A DNA stretch of 64,000 nucleotides from Macrostomum hystrix (taxonomy: Eukaryota; Animalia; Platyhelminthes): contig CATNEN010000001.1 of the NCBI GenBank assembly GCA_950097015.1, forward strand, positions 6,510,001-6,574,000, in the 5' to 3' direction. Position numbers and translations under genes: made by a program. A model generated the notes under the pieces. It was not told the DNA's origin and did no database searches. It was given only the letters and a program-made list of their open reading frames with translations. Of the stretch, positions 1 through 9,604 are shown in pieces (position 1 is the first letter of the stretch; the number at the start of each line of letters is the position of its first letter).

Positions 1-270
1 TCTCACTTCATTGTACAAAGCCAGAACTTTGATAATTCATTTTATAAGGCTGATTTCTGCACCCACTAACCAACAGTCGGAATAGCCGATGTGTAGGCAC
101 TAGGAATAGGTTATAGGCTAGGCTAGGGTTCGATTCTGCACTGCGTCAAATCATTTTAGACTAATTTTCAGCCAGTAGTGATTGAAGACTATTTTAATTT
201 ATTTTTTTCATTTCGTAAATAAAATATCATAAATCATAGCACACCTGATGAGTTTGAATCATTGCAAAAA

Positions 271-2595
271 TAGAGTTTGAATCATGGCTACACCAGAGTT
301 TGAATCATGGCTAAACCAGAGTCTGAATCATGGCTAAACCAGAGTTTGAATCATGGCTAAACCAGAGTCTGAATCATGGCTAAACCAGAGTCTGAATCAT
401 GGCTACACCAGAGTTTGAATCATGGCTAAACCAGAGTCTGAATCATGGCTAAACCAGAGTTTGAATCATGGCTAAACCAGAGTCTGAATCATGGCTAAAC
501 CAGAGTTTGAATCATGGCTAAACCAGAGTCTGAATCATGGCTAAACCAGAGTCTGAATCGTAGCCAACTAGAGTTTGAATCATGGCCAACCAGAGTTTGA
601 ATCTTGGCTAAACCAGAGTTTCAATCATGGCTAACCCAGCGTTTGAATCATGGCTAAACCAGAGTTTGAATCATGGCAAAAGCCGAGTTTTAATCATGGC
701 TAAACAAGCGTCTGAATCATGGCTAAACCAGAGTTTCAATCATGGCTAAACCAGAGTTTCAGTCATGGCTAAACCAGCGTCTGAATCATGGCTAAACCAG
801 AGTTTGAACCATGGCTAAACCAGAGTTTGAATCATGGCTAAACCAGAGTCTGAATCATGGCAAAACCAGAGTTTGAATCATGGCTAAACCAGAGTTTAAA
901 TCATGGCTAAACCAGCGTCTGAATCATGGCTAAACCAGAGTTTCAATCATGGCTAAACCAGAGTTTCAATCATGGCTAAACCAGCGTCTGAATCATGGCT
1001 AAACCAGAGTTTGAATCATGGCTAAACCAGAGTTTAATCATGGCTAAACCAGCGTCTGAATCATGGCTAAACCAGAGTTTCAATCATGGCTAAACCAGAG
1101 TTTGAATCATGGCTAAACCAGAGTTTCAATCATGGCTAAACCAGCGTCTGAATCATGGCTAAACCAGCGTCTGAATCATGGCTAAACCAGAGTTTGAATC
1201 ATGGCTAAACCAGAGTTTGAATCATGGCTAAACCAGAGTTTGAATCATGGCTAAACCAGATCTTGAATCATGGCTAAACCAGAGTTTGAATCATGGCTAA
1301 ACCAGCGTCTGAATCATGGCTAAACCAGAGTTTCAGTCATGGCTAAACCAGCGTCTGAATCATGGCTAAACCAGAGTTTGAACCATGGCTAAACCAGAGT
1401 TTGAATCATGGCTAAACCAGAGTCTGAATCATGGCAAAACCAGAGTTTGAATCATGGCTAAACCAGAGTTTAAATCATGGCTAAACCAGCGTCTGAATCA
1501 TGGCTAAACCAGAGTTTCAATCATGGCTAAACCAGAGTTTCAATCATGGCTAAACCAGCGTCTGAATCATGGCTAAACCAGAGTTTGAATCATGGCTAAA
1601 CCAGAGTTTAATCATGGCTAAACCAGCGTCTGAATCATGGCTAAACCAGAGTTTCAATCATGGCTAAACCAGAGTTTGAATCATGGCTAAACCAGAGTTT
1701 CAATCATGGCTAAACCAGCGTCTGAATTATGGCTAAACCAGCGTCTGAATCATGGCTAAACCAGAGTTTGAATCATGGCTAAACCAGAGTTTGAATCATG
1801 GCTAAACCAGAGTTTGAATCATGGCTAAACCAGATCTTGAATCATGGCTAAACCAGAGTTTGAATCATGGCTAAACCAGCGTCTGAATCATGGCAAAACC
1901 AGAGTTTCAATCATGGCTAAACCAGCGTCTGAATCATGGCTAAACCAGCGTCTGAATCATGGCTAAACCAGCGTCTGAATCATGGCTAAACCAGAGTTTC
2001 AATCATGGCTAAACCAGAGTCTGAATCATGGCTAAACCAGCGTCTGAATCATGGCTAAACCAGAGTTTGAATCATGGCTAAACCAGAGTTTGAATATTGG
2101 CTACACCAGAGTTTGAATCATGGCTAAACCAGAGACTAAATCATGGCTAAACCAGAGACTAAATCGTGGCTAAACCATCATCATCAGCATGGCTAAACTA
2201 GAGTTTGAATAATGGCTACACCAGAGTTTGAATCAAGGCTAAACCAGAGTCTGAATCATGGCTAAACCAGAGTTTGAATCATGGCTAAACCAGAGTTTGA
2301 ATCATGGCTAAACCAGACTTTGAATCATAGCCAACCAGAGTTTGAATCATGGCTAACCCAGCGTTTGAATCATGGCTAAACCAGAGTTTGAATCATGGCA
2401 AAAACCGAGTTTCAATCATGGCTAACCCAGCGTTTGAATCATGGCTAAACCAGAGTTTGAATCTTGGCTAAACAAGAGTTTGAATCATAGCCAACCAGAG
2501 TCTGAATCATGGCAAAACGAGAGTTTGAATCATAGCCCACCAGGGTTTAAAACATGGCGAAACCTGAGTTTGAATCTTGGCTAACCCAGCGTTTG
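271..2595. repeat. 23-bp minisatellite (CCAGAGTTTGAATCATGGCTAAA)n, about 100 units
   Basis: Period 23 read directly (TGAATC at 301 and 324). It lies 3' of the last dynein exon in the window, probably intronic. Confidence 0.97.
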
Positions 2596-2605
2596 AAAAA
2601 TCAAC

Positions 2606-4558
2606 GTCAACTGGGGAGTCATCATCAAAATGGGGATCATGGTGAACTGGGGGATCATGGTAAACTGGGGGATCATTGTCAACTGGGGGATCATTGTCAA
2701 CTGGGGGATCATTGTCAACTGGGGGATCATTGTCAACTGGGGGGTCATTGTGAACTGAGAGATCATTGTCAACTGGGGGGTAATGGTCAACTGGGGGATA
2801 ATTGTCAACTGGGGAATCATCATCAACTGGGGAGCATCATCAACTGGGGGATCATTGAGAACTGGGGGATCATTGTCAAATGGGGGATCATTGTGAACTG
2901 GGGGATCTTTGTCAACTGGGGGATCATTGTATACTGTGGGATCATTGTCAACTGGGGGATCATTGTCAACTGGGGGATCATTGTCAACTGGGGGATCGTT
3001 GTCAACTGGGGGTTCATTGTCAACTGGGGGATCATTGTCAACTGGGGGATCATTGTCAACTGGGGGATCATCATCAACTGGGGGATCATTGTCAACTGGG
3101 GGATCATCATCAACTGTGGGATCATTGTCAACCGGCGGGATCATTGTCAACTGGGGGATCATTGTCAACTGGGGGATCATTGTCAACTGGGTGATCATCA
3201 TCAACTGGGGGATCATTGTCAACTGGGGGAACATTGTCAACTGGAGGAACATTGTTAACTAGGGATCATCATCAATGGGGAGACTTCATCAACTGGGGGA
3301 TCATTGTGAACTGGGGGATCTTTGTTAACTGGGGGATCATTGTCAACTCGGGGATCATTCTCAACTGGGGGATCATTGTCAACTGGGTGATCATCATCAA
3401 CTGGGGGATCATTGTCAACTGGGGGAACATTGTCAAATGGAGGAACATTGTTAACTGGGGATCATCATCAATGGGGAGACTTCATCAACTGGGGGATCAT
3501 TGTGAACTGGGGGATCTTTGTTAACTGGGGGATCATTGTCAACTGGGGGATCATTGTCAACTGGGGGATCATTGTCAACTGGGGGATCATTTTCAACTGG
3601 GGGATCATCATCAACTGGGGGATCATCATCAACTGGGTGATCATTGTGAACTGGGGGATCTTTGTCAACTGGGGGATCATTGTCAACTGTGGGATCATTG
3701 TCAACTGGGGGATCATTGTCAACTGGGGGATCATTTTCAACTGGGGGATCATCATCAACTGGGGGATCATCATCAACTGGGTGATCATTGTGAACTGGGG
3801 GATCATTGTCAACTGGGGGTTCATTGTCAACTGTGGGATCATTGTCAACCGGCGGGATCATTGTCAACTGTGGGATCATTGTCAACTGGGGGATCATTGT
3901 CAACTGGGTGATCATCATCAACTGGGGGATCATTGTCAACTGGGGGAACATTGTCAACTGGAGGAACATTGTTAACTAGGGATCATCATCAATGGGGAGA
4001 CTTCATCAACTGGGGGATCATTGTGAACTGGGGGATCTTTGTTAACTGGGGGATCATTGTCAACTGGGGGATCATTCTCAACTGGGGGATCATTTTCAAC
4101 TGGGGGATCATCATCAACTGGGGGATCATTGTCAACTGGGGGATCATTGTCAACTGGGGGATCATTGTCAACTGGGGGATCATTGTCAACTGGGTGATCA
4201 TCATCAACTGGGGGATCATTGATAACTGGGGGAACATTGTCAACTGGAGGAACATTGTTAACTGGGGATCATCATCAATAGGGAGACTTCATCAACTGGG
4301 GGATCATTGTGAATTGGGGGATCTTTGTTAACTGGGGGATCATTCTCAACTGGGGGATCATTGTCAACTGGGGGATCATTCTCAACTGGGGGATCATCAT
4401 CAACTGGGGGATCATCATCAACTGGGGGATCATTGTGAACTGGGGGATCTTTGTCAACTGGGGGATCATTGTCAACTGGGGGTTCATTGTCAACTGGGGG
4501 TTCATTGTCAACTGGGGGATCATTGTCAACTGGGGGATCATTGTCAACTGGGGGTTCA
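2606..4558. repeat. 18-bp minisatellite (CAACTGGGGGATCATTGT)n
   Basis: Direct repeat. It explains the GDHCQL/NWGIIV pseudo-ORFs. The same family occurs inverted at 38330-39220. Confidence 0.97.
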
Positions 4559-4655
4559 TAGTAGCTTTAAAAAGCTGTAAATTCAGCTTCTAAAAAGTCT
4601 ATACTAGACGAATTAAAAGTATTTCTGCTCCCCGAAGGGGGGCAAATCTTGCTAG
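2606..4655 (+). mobile_element. Non-autonomous Helitron-like element carrying the 18-bp minisatellite (copy A; 5' limit undefined)
   Basis: The ~95 bp unique tail after the array is homologous to the reverse complement of 38233-38330. It ends in hairpin GCTCCCC-GAA-GGGGGGC (4627-4643), an 8-nt spacer and CTAG (4652-4655) followed by T. Confidence 0.65.
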
Positions 4656-4719
4656 TTAAAAAACTAAACTAGAAGTGACAACAATGCTACACGTAAGCCA
4701 CATCGAAATAGACAGCTTT

Positions 4720-4975
4720 TGTTGTGACTTGAATTTTCAACCGGACTTGAATGTACTCTATTAACTTATCGTTGCTCAATGCACGCCCATTTTCCTATGC
4801 GTGCGTGGGCCGCGTGTGTCACCTGCGCGTGCGACACAGCGTGCTCTGTTCTTACTCCCTGCTCTCCACGTGCCATTGTCACCCCCAGCCATATTTTGTT
4901 AGTATAAATATATCGAATCTCCTTGTACGTAGTTCGTGGCCTTTGCGCTATCTAAAGAATTCCTGGTCTACAAAA
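4720..4975 (+). repeat. 5' LTR of Mag-like element
   Basis: TGTTGTG...CTACAAAA, direct repeat of 9022-9277. Confidence 0.95.
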
Positions 4976-4976
4976 G

Positions 4977-4988
4977 TGGCGACGAGGA
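4977..4988 (+). promoter_or_regulatory. Primer-binding site, tRNA-Ser(GCU)-type
   Basis: TGGCGACGAGGA is complementary to the 3' end (UCCUCGUCGCCA) of metazoan tRNA-Ser(GCU), which is typical of the Mag lineage. Confidence 0.85.
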
Positions 4989-7900
4989 ATGAGCATTCTG
5001 GGCTCAATCGGACCCTTTGAGGAGGGCACTGAGAGTTGGCTGCAATACCAGGAGAGACTGGAACAGTTCCTGATCGCAAATGACATCGAGTCAGGGAACA
5101 AGAAGCGAGCCGTGCTGCTCAGCACATGCGGCAAGAACACTTACCAACTGGTATCCAGCCTACTGGCACCTGCGAAGCCCTCTGAGACTGACTATGTGGT
5201 AATCTGTGACAAGCTGAAAGAACACTTTGACCCAACCCCGCCAGAGATCGTTCGACGATACCGGTTTTACAGCAGAAGCCGTCAGGCGGGCGAGTCCATT
5301 GCCGAATTTCTCGCCGAGCTACGAAATTTAGCACGTCATTGCAACTTCGGCGCCAGTTTGAACAGCATGCTCAGAGACAGACTGGTCCTGGGCATTGAGA
5401 ACGACAACATCCAGCGGAGGCTCTTCGCTGAGAAAGAATTGACCCTGGAGTCTGCACTCTCGATGGCACAAGCGCACGAGTCGGCCGCGAAGGGAAACTT
5501 GCTGGTGACCAAAGGCTCAGACACCGTGCACGCAGTTCGCCGATGGACACCAGAAGAGCGACGGGACAGCCCTGGATCAACCGGAGAGGCAACGTCGACT
5601 AAGCGGTGCCACCGGTGTCTGTCGCAGCGTCATTCAGCGGCGAAGTGCCGGTTCGCAGACAAGAAGTGCTTCGCCTGCTCAAAGATCGGGCATGTCGCGG
5701 CCGCGTGCAGGTCAGCAGCGGCAGCCAGCCGTGAAAACCACGCGACGTCACGACGAGAGACCCAGCACGCCTCCGGCCATCGCGACGGACAGAAGATACA
5801 CGAGCTCGAGGCGGAGGAGACCTTCTCGCTGCACGTCATGGCCGAGAGAAACGGCAAGGTGCCCCCAATTGAGACTGTGGTGATCATCGACGGCACCCCA
5901 GTACGAATGGAGGTGGACACCGGAGCATCTGTTTCCCTCATATCGTCGGAGACCTACAAATCTGAGCTGTGTGGCCAGCCTCTGCTCGAGTCCGTCGACA
6001 CGCTGCTACGCACCTACTCGGGAGAGTCCGTGCCAGTGCTCGGAAGAATTCGAGTTCGTGTTGAGACCGAGTCGGCCTCCAAGGTGCTGCCGTTACTCGT
6101 GGTGGAGGGCACAGGCTCCAGCCTGATTGGTCGGGACTGGCTGGTCGATCTGCCCTTAGACTGGCGAACAATCAAGCAGGTGCGGCATGCAGCTGACAAC
6201 CCAAAGCTACGCAGTCTGCTCGATCGCTACGCCGTTGTTTTCAAGCCGGACCTCGGTCGGTACACGGGACCAGCCGTGCAGCTTCGTCTCAAACCTGGCG
6301 CCCGCCCTCGTTTCTACAAGGCTCGGAATGTTCCGCTCGCACTGAAGGAAAAAGTTGAAGCGCAGCTCGACAAGGAAATCGAACAGGGTGTGCTGAAACC
6401 TGTCGGTAGTTCAGACTATGCATCCCCGATCGTCCCAGTGCTAAAGACGGATGGCTCCGTTCGCATATGTGCCGACTTTAAACAGACGGTTAATCTCGAC
6501 GTGGAGCCGGACACATACCCAGTGCCGAGGATTGACGAGCTTTTCACCAAGCTGGCTGGCGGGAAACGATTCACAAAGCTCGACCTATGCCAGGCATACC
6601 TACAGATGCCGCTTGACGAAGCATCGCAAGAACTCTGCACCGTTAACACCTCCAAAGGTCTGCTGCGGTACACTAGACTTCCGTTCGGAGTTGCTCCTGC
6701 CGTGGGCATCTTCCAGAGACAGATGGACTGTCTGCTGCAAGGAGTTCCGCACGTAGCGTGCTTCATCGACGACTTGCTCGTAACCGGAACAGATGATGGT
6801 GACCACCTGCGGAACCTCGAGCAGGTGCTCCAACGGCTACAGCAGAGCGGCCTACGGTGCGGCCTGAGCAAATGCGATTTCCTGCAGGAGAGTGTCAGCT
6901 ACCTCGGTCACAAGATCGACGCCACGGGACTGCATCCAATGCAGGACAAAGTGCGGGCTGTCCAGGAGGCACCAGCCCCCCGAGACCCGACCCAGCTGCG
7001 CAGCTTCCTGGGCCTGGTAAACTATTACGGCAAATTCCTGCCCAACCTGTCGACCGAGCTGGCACCTCTGCACCGCTTGCTGAACCGCGATAGCCCGTGG
7101 CACTGGGGCGCATCCCAGGACGCAGCATTCCACAAGTGCAAGGAGCTGATCAGCAGAGCGCCGGTGCTGGTTCACTTCGACGACAAGCTGCCCCTGGTGT
7201 TGGAATGCGATGCTTCACCATACGGCATCGGCGCAGTCATTTGCCACCGGGTCAACGGAGTCGACAAGCCGATTGCGTTCGCCTCGCGTACTCTGCACGA
7301 TGCTGAGGCTAATTATTCGCAGCTGGAGAAGGAGGCTCTCGCGGTTGTCTACGGAGTGAAGAAGTTTCACACGTATCTGTACGGCCGGGAATTCATGCTG
7401 GTGAGCGACCACAAGCCGCTGCTGGGACTCCTGCACGAGTCCAAGCCGATCCCTGCGATGGCTTCGGGCAGGATCCAGCGGTGGGCTCTGCTCCTGGCCG
7501 GCTATCGGTACAATATGGTCCACCGAGCCGGCAAGTCCCTGCTCCGAGCCGATGCACTGAGCCGCCTGCCCCTGCCTGAGAGACCACGGGATGCACCTGT
7601 ACCGGCAGAGATTGTGCTCACGATGGACATGTTAGATGAGGGGCCGGTGACAGCGGGCCACATTCGGGCATGGACTCGGACCGACCCGGACCTGTCCAGA
7701 ATTCTGCGCTACACGGAGTCCGGCTGCTGGCCAGCGCAGACGCCCCCGGAGCTGCAGCCGTACCACTCACGTGCCGACGAACTTAGCATCCAGGATGGCT
7801 GCCTGTTGTGGGGCTGCCGAGTGCTGGTGCCAGCGGCGGGCCGGTCGGCTCTGCTCCAATGCCTTCACCAGGGTCATCAAGGCGCCTCCCGGATGAAGGC

Positions 7901-8924
7901 GCTCGCCCGCAGCTTTTTCTGGTGGCCCAAACTCGACGAGGCCATTGAGCAGCTCGTCAGCGCGTGTCCCGACTGCCAGGAGCTTTCAAAGTCCCCGCGG
8001 CCGTTCCCACTGCAACCGTGGGCGTGGCCGGACAGGCCGTGGTCGCGCCTCCACATCGACTACGCTGGGCCAGTGGAGGGACGAATGCTGCTCGTGATCG
8101 TCGACGCCCACTCGAAGTGGATGGAGGTACACGTCATGCCGTCAACGTCCTCGGCCGCGACAATCGAGAGACTGAGGCAGAGCTTCGCCACACACGGCCT
8201 ACCCGACGTGCTCGTCTCGGACAATGGGCCAAATCTAGTCAGCGCGGAAATGGAGGCATTTCTGGAGCGGAACGGCATCAAGCACGTGCGCACGGCGCCC
8301 TACCATCCGGCGTCCAACGGCCAGGCGGAACGGGCGGTGCAAACTCTGAAGCGCTCACTGGCCAAACAACGAGGCGGTACGCTGGAAGAGCGGGTGTCCC
8401 GATTCCTCCTGACATATCGGGTGACTCCGCACGCCACTACTGGGGTGGCCCCGTGTGAGCTGCTGATGGGACGACGGCTTCACTCACTTCTCGATCGAGT
8501 CCGCCCAGATGTGCCGGCCAGGGTCTCTCAGCAGCAAGCGTTGCAAAAGCAGCACCACGACATCCACGCCCGCGACCGTCGGGTGGAGGTCGGGGACGCC
8601 GTGCTTGCCCGCGACTTCGCGAACGAAGGTCGCTGGAAGCCGGCGACCGTGACGGCGAGTTCTGGCGCTACGTCCTTCACCTGCCGTTTCGAAGATGGAC
8701 GGGACGCCCATCGCCATGTGGACCAGGTGTGCAAGCCGGCTGGGCCTACCCTGACTGCTGAAGAGCCCCAGTCACAGCTGCCAACTTCGCCCCCACCTGG
8801 TGGCCAGGCAGAAGCGGCGGTGGTCCTGCCAGGTGTTTCCGAGACCCATGAGGCCACTGGTGAGGGATTGCCGAGGCGCTCAAGCAGGAAGTGCGGACCA
8901 CCTGACCGATTGGGCTACCAGTGA
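4989..8924 (+). CDS. Gag-Pol polyprotein, 1311 aa
   Basis: Two zinc knuckles (CHRCLSQRHSAAKC, CFACSKIGHVAAAC), protease VDTGAS, RT (LPFG; CFIDD), RNase H (CDAS...DALSR), integrase HQGH..CPDC with D-D-E core. Order is PR-RT-RH-IN. Confidence 0.97.
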   Translation: MSILGSIGPFEEGTESWLQYQERLEQFLIANDIESGNKKRAVLLSTCGKNTYQLVSSLLAPAKPSETDYVVICDKLKEHFDPTPPEIVRRYRFYSRSRQAGESIAEFLAELRNLARHCNFGASLNSMLRDRLVLGIENDNIQRRLFAEKELTLESALSMAQAHESAAKGNLLVTKGSDTVHAVRRWTPEERRDSPGSTGEATSTKRCHRCLSQRHSAAKCRFADKKCFACSKIGHVAAACRSAAAASRENHATSRRETQHASGHRDGQKIHELEAEETFSLHVMAERNGKVPPIETVVIIDGTPVRMEVDTGASVSLISSETYKSELCGQPLLESVDTLLRTYSGESVPVLGRIRVRVETESASKVLPLLVVEGTGSSLIGRDWLVDLPLDWRTIKQVRHAADNPKLRSLLDRYAVVFKPDLGRYTGPAVQLRLKPGARPRFYKARNVPLALKEKVEAQLDKEIEQGVLKPVGSSDYASPIVPVLKTDGSVRICADFKQTVNLDVEPDTYPVPRIDELFTKLAGGKRFTKLDLCQAYLQMPLDEASQELCTVNTSKGLLRYTRLPFGVAPAVGIFQRQMDCLLQGVPHVACFIDDLLVTGTDDGDHLRNLEQVLQRLQQSGLRCGLSKCDFLQESVSYLGHKIDATGLHPMQDKVRAVQEAPAPRDPTQLRSFLGLVNYYGKFLPNLSTELAPLHRLLNRDSPWHWGASQDAAFHKCKELISRAPVLVHFDDKLPLVLECDASPYGIGAVICHRVNGVDKPIAFASRTLHDAEANYSQLEKEALAVVYGVKKFHTYLYGREFMLVSDHKPLLGLLHESKPIPAMASGRIQRWALLLAGYRYNMVHRAGKSLLRADALSRLPLPERPRDAPVPAEIVLTMDMLDEGPVTAGHIRAWTRTDPDLSRILRYTESGCWPAQTPPELQPYHSRADELSIQDGCLLWGCRVLVPAAGRSALLQCLHQGHQGASRMKALARSFFWWPKLDEAIEQLVSACPDCQELSKSPRPFPLQPWAWPDRPWSRLHIDYAGPVEGRMLLVIVDAHSKWMEVHVMPSTSSAATIERLRQSFATHGLPDVLVSDNGPNLVSAEMEAFLERNGIKHVRTAPYHPASNGQAERAVQTLKRSLAKQRGGTLEERVSRFLLTYRVTPHATTGVAPCELLMGRRLHSLLDRVRPDVPARVSQQQALQKQHHDIHARDRRVEVGDAVLARDFANEGRWKPATVTASSGATSFTCRFEDGRDAHRHVDQVCKPAGPTLTAEEPQSQLPTSPPPGGQAEAAVVLPGVSETHEATGEGLPRRSSRKCGPPDRLGYQ

Positions 8925-9021
8925 TTTAGTGACTCTGCTTAAATGACTATCAGCTCCAATGTGCGGTGGATTGACTATTCGCGGTGTTATTCAATTTATT
9001 TTTAGCTTTGGTGTGGAGGGA

Positions 9022-9277
9022 TGTTGTGACTTGAATTTTCAACCGGACTTGAATGTACTCTATTAACTTATCGTTGCTCAATGCACGCCCATTTTCCTAT
9101 GCGTGCGTGGGCCGCGTGTGTCACCTGCGCGTGCGACACAGCGTGCTCTGTTCTTACTCCCTGCTCTCCACGTGCCATTGTCACCCCCAGCCATATTTTG
9201 TTAGTATAAATATATCGAATCTCCTTGTACGTAGTTCGTGGCCTTTGCGCTATCTAAAGAATTCCTGGTCTACAAAA
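9022..9277 (+). repeat. 3' LTR of Mag-like element
   Basis: Direct repeat of 4720-4975, preceded by a purine tract. Confidence 0.95.
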
Positions 9278-9604
9278 GCTTTGTTGTAAGTATATTCATA
9301 ATCCCGACGAATGAAACACAACGACGAGCACATTTTACATTGGACGTTAATAAAACGACATTTATAACGCTTGCTTGCTAGAAATTTGTTTTAAACTCAT
9401 ACTTGTCTCAGTTTTCGTCTCGAAGAATGTGGATCTATTGAAGTTACAGTTACCTGGAAAATATCGAGAATTTTGTCAACACCGTTTGTGAATCTTTTTA
9501 AATTAGTATCGATGCACTTTATTGCCTCATTGCAATATTATTGCAATATTAACGGATATTGACGATTTGATACTGGTACAAGTACTCGGTTGCGAAAAAC
9601 TTAC

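Larger units (their letters stand above)
4720..9277 (+). mobile_element. Full-length Ty3/Gypsy LTR retrotransposon, Mag-like
   Basis: 256-bp LTRs at 4720-4975 and 9022-9277 with no differences seen. TSD GCTTT at 4715-4719 and 9278-9282. PBS TGGCGACGAGGA, short PPT GGAGGGA, single gag-pol ORF. Confidence 0.97.

Noticed and set aside
271-2595. CRISPR-like regular repeats
   Set aside because: Head-to-tail units with no unique spacers, no cas genes, eukaryotic context.
2554-4593. ORFs with GDHCQL/NWGIIV hexapeptide repeats resembling left-handed beta-helix or ice-binding proteins
   Set aside because: Open in several frames on both strands, frameshifted, and the same DNA repeat sits inverted in an intron at 38-39 kb. 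It is a minisatellite.
6760-6775. RT active site FIDD instead of YxDD
   Set aside because: Phe at this position is tolerated in other RTs and the element is otherwise intact and recently inserted.
5119-8857. Short antisense and alternative-frame ORFs within gag-pol (likewise over dynein exons)
   Set aside because: Expected shadows of GC-rich coding sequence; no independent motifs.
4989-8924. High GC of the Mag-like element as a sign of horizontal transfer
   Set aside because: Host exons in the window are similarly GC-rich, so composition is uninformative.
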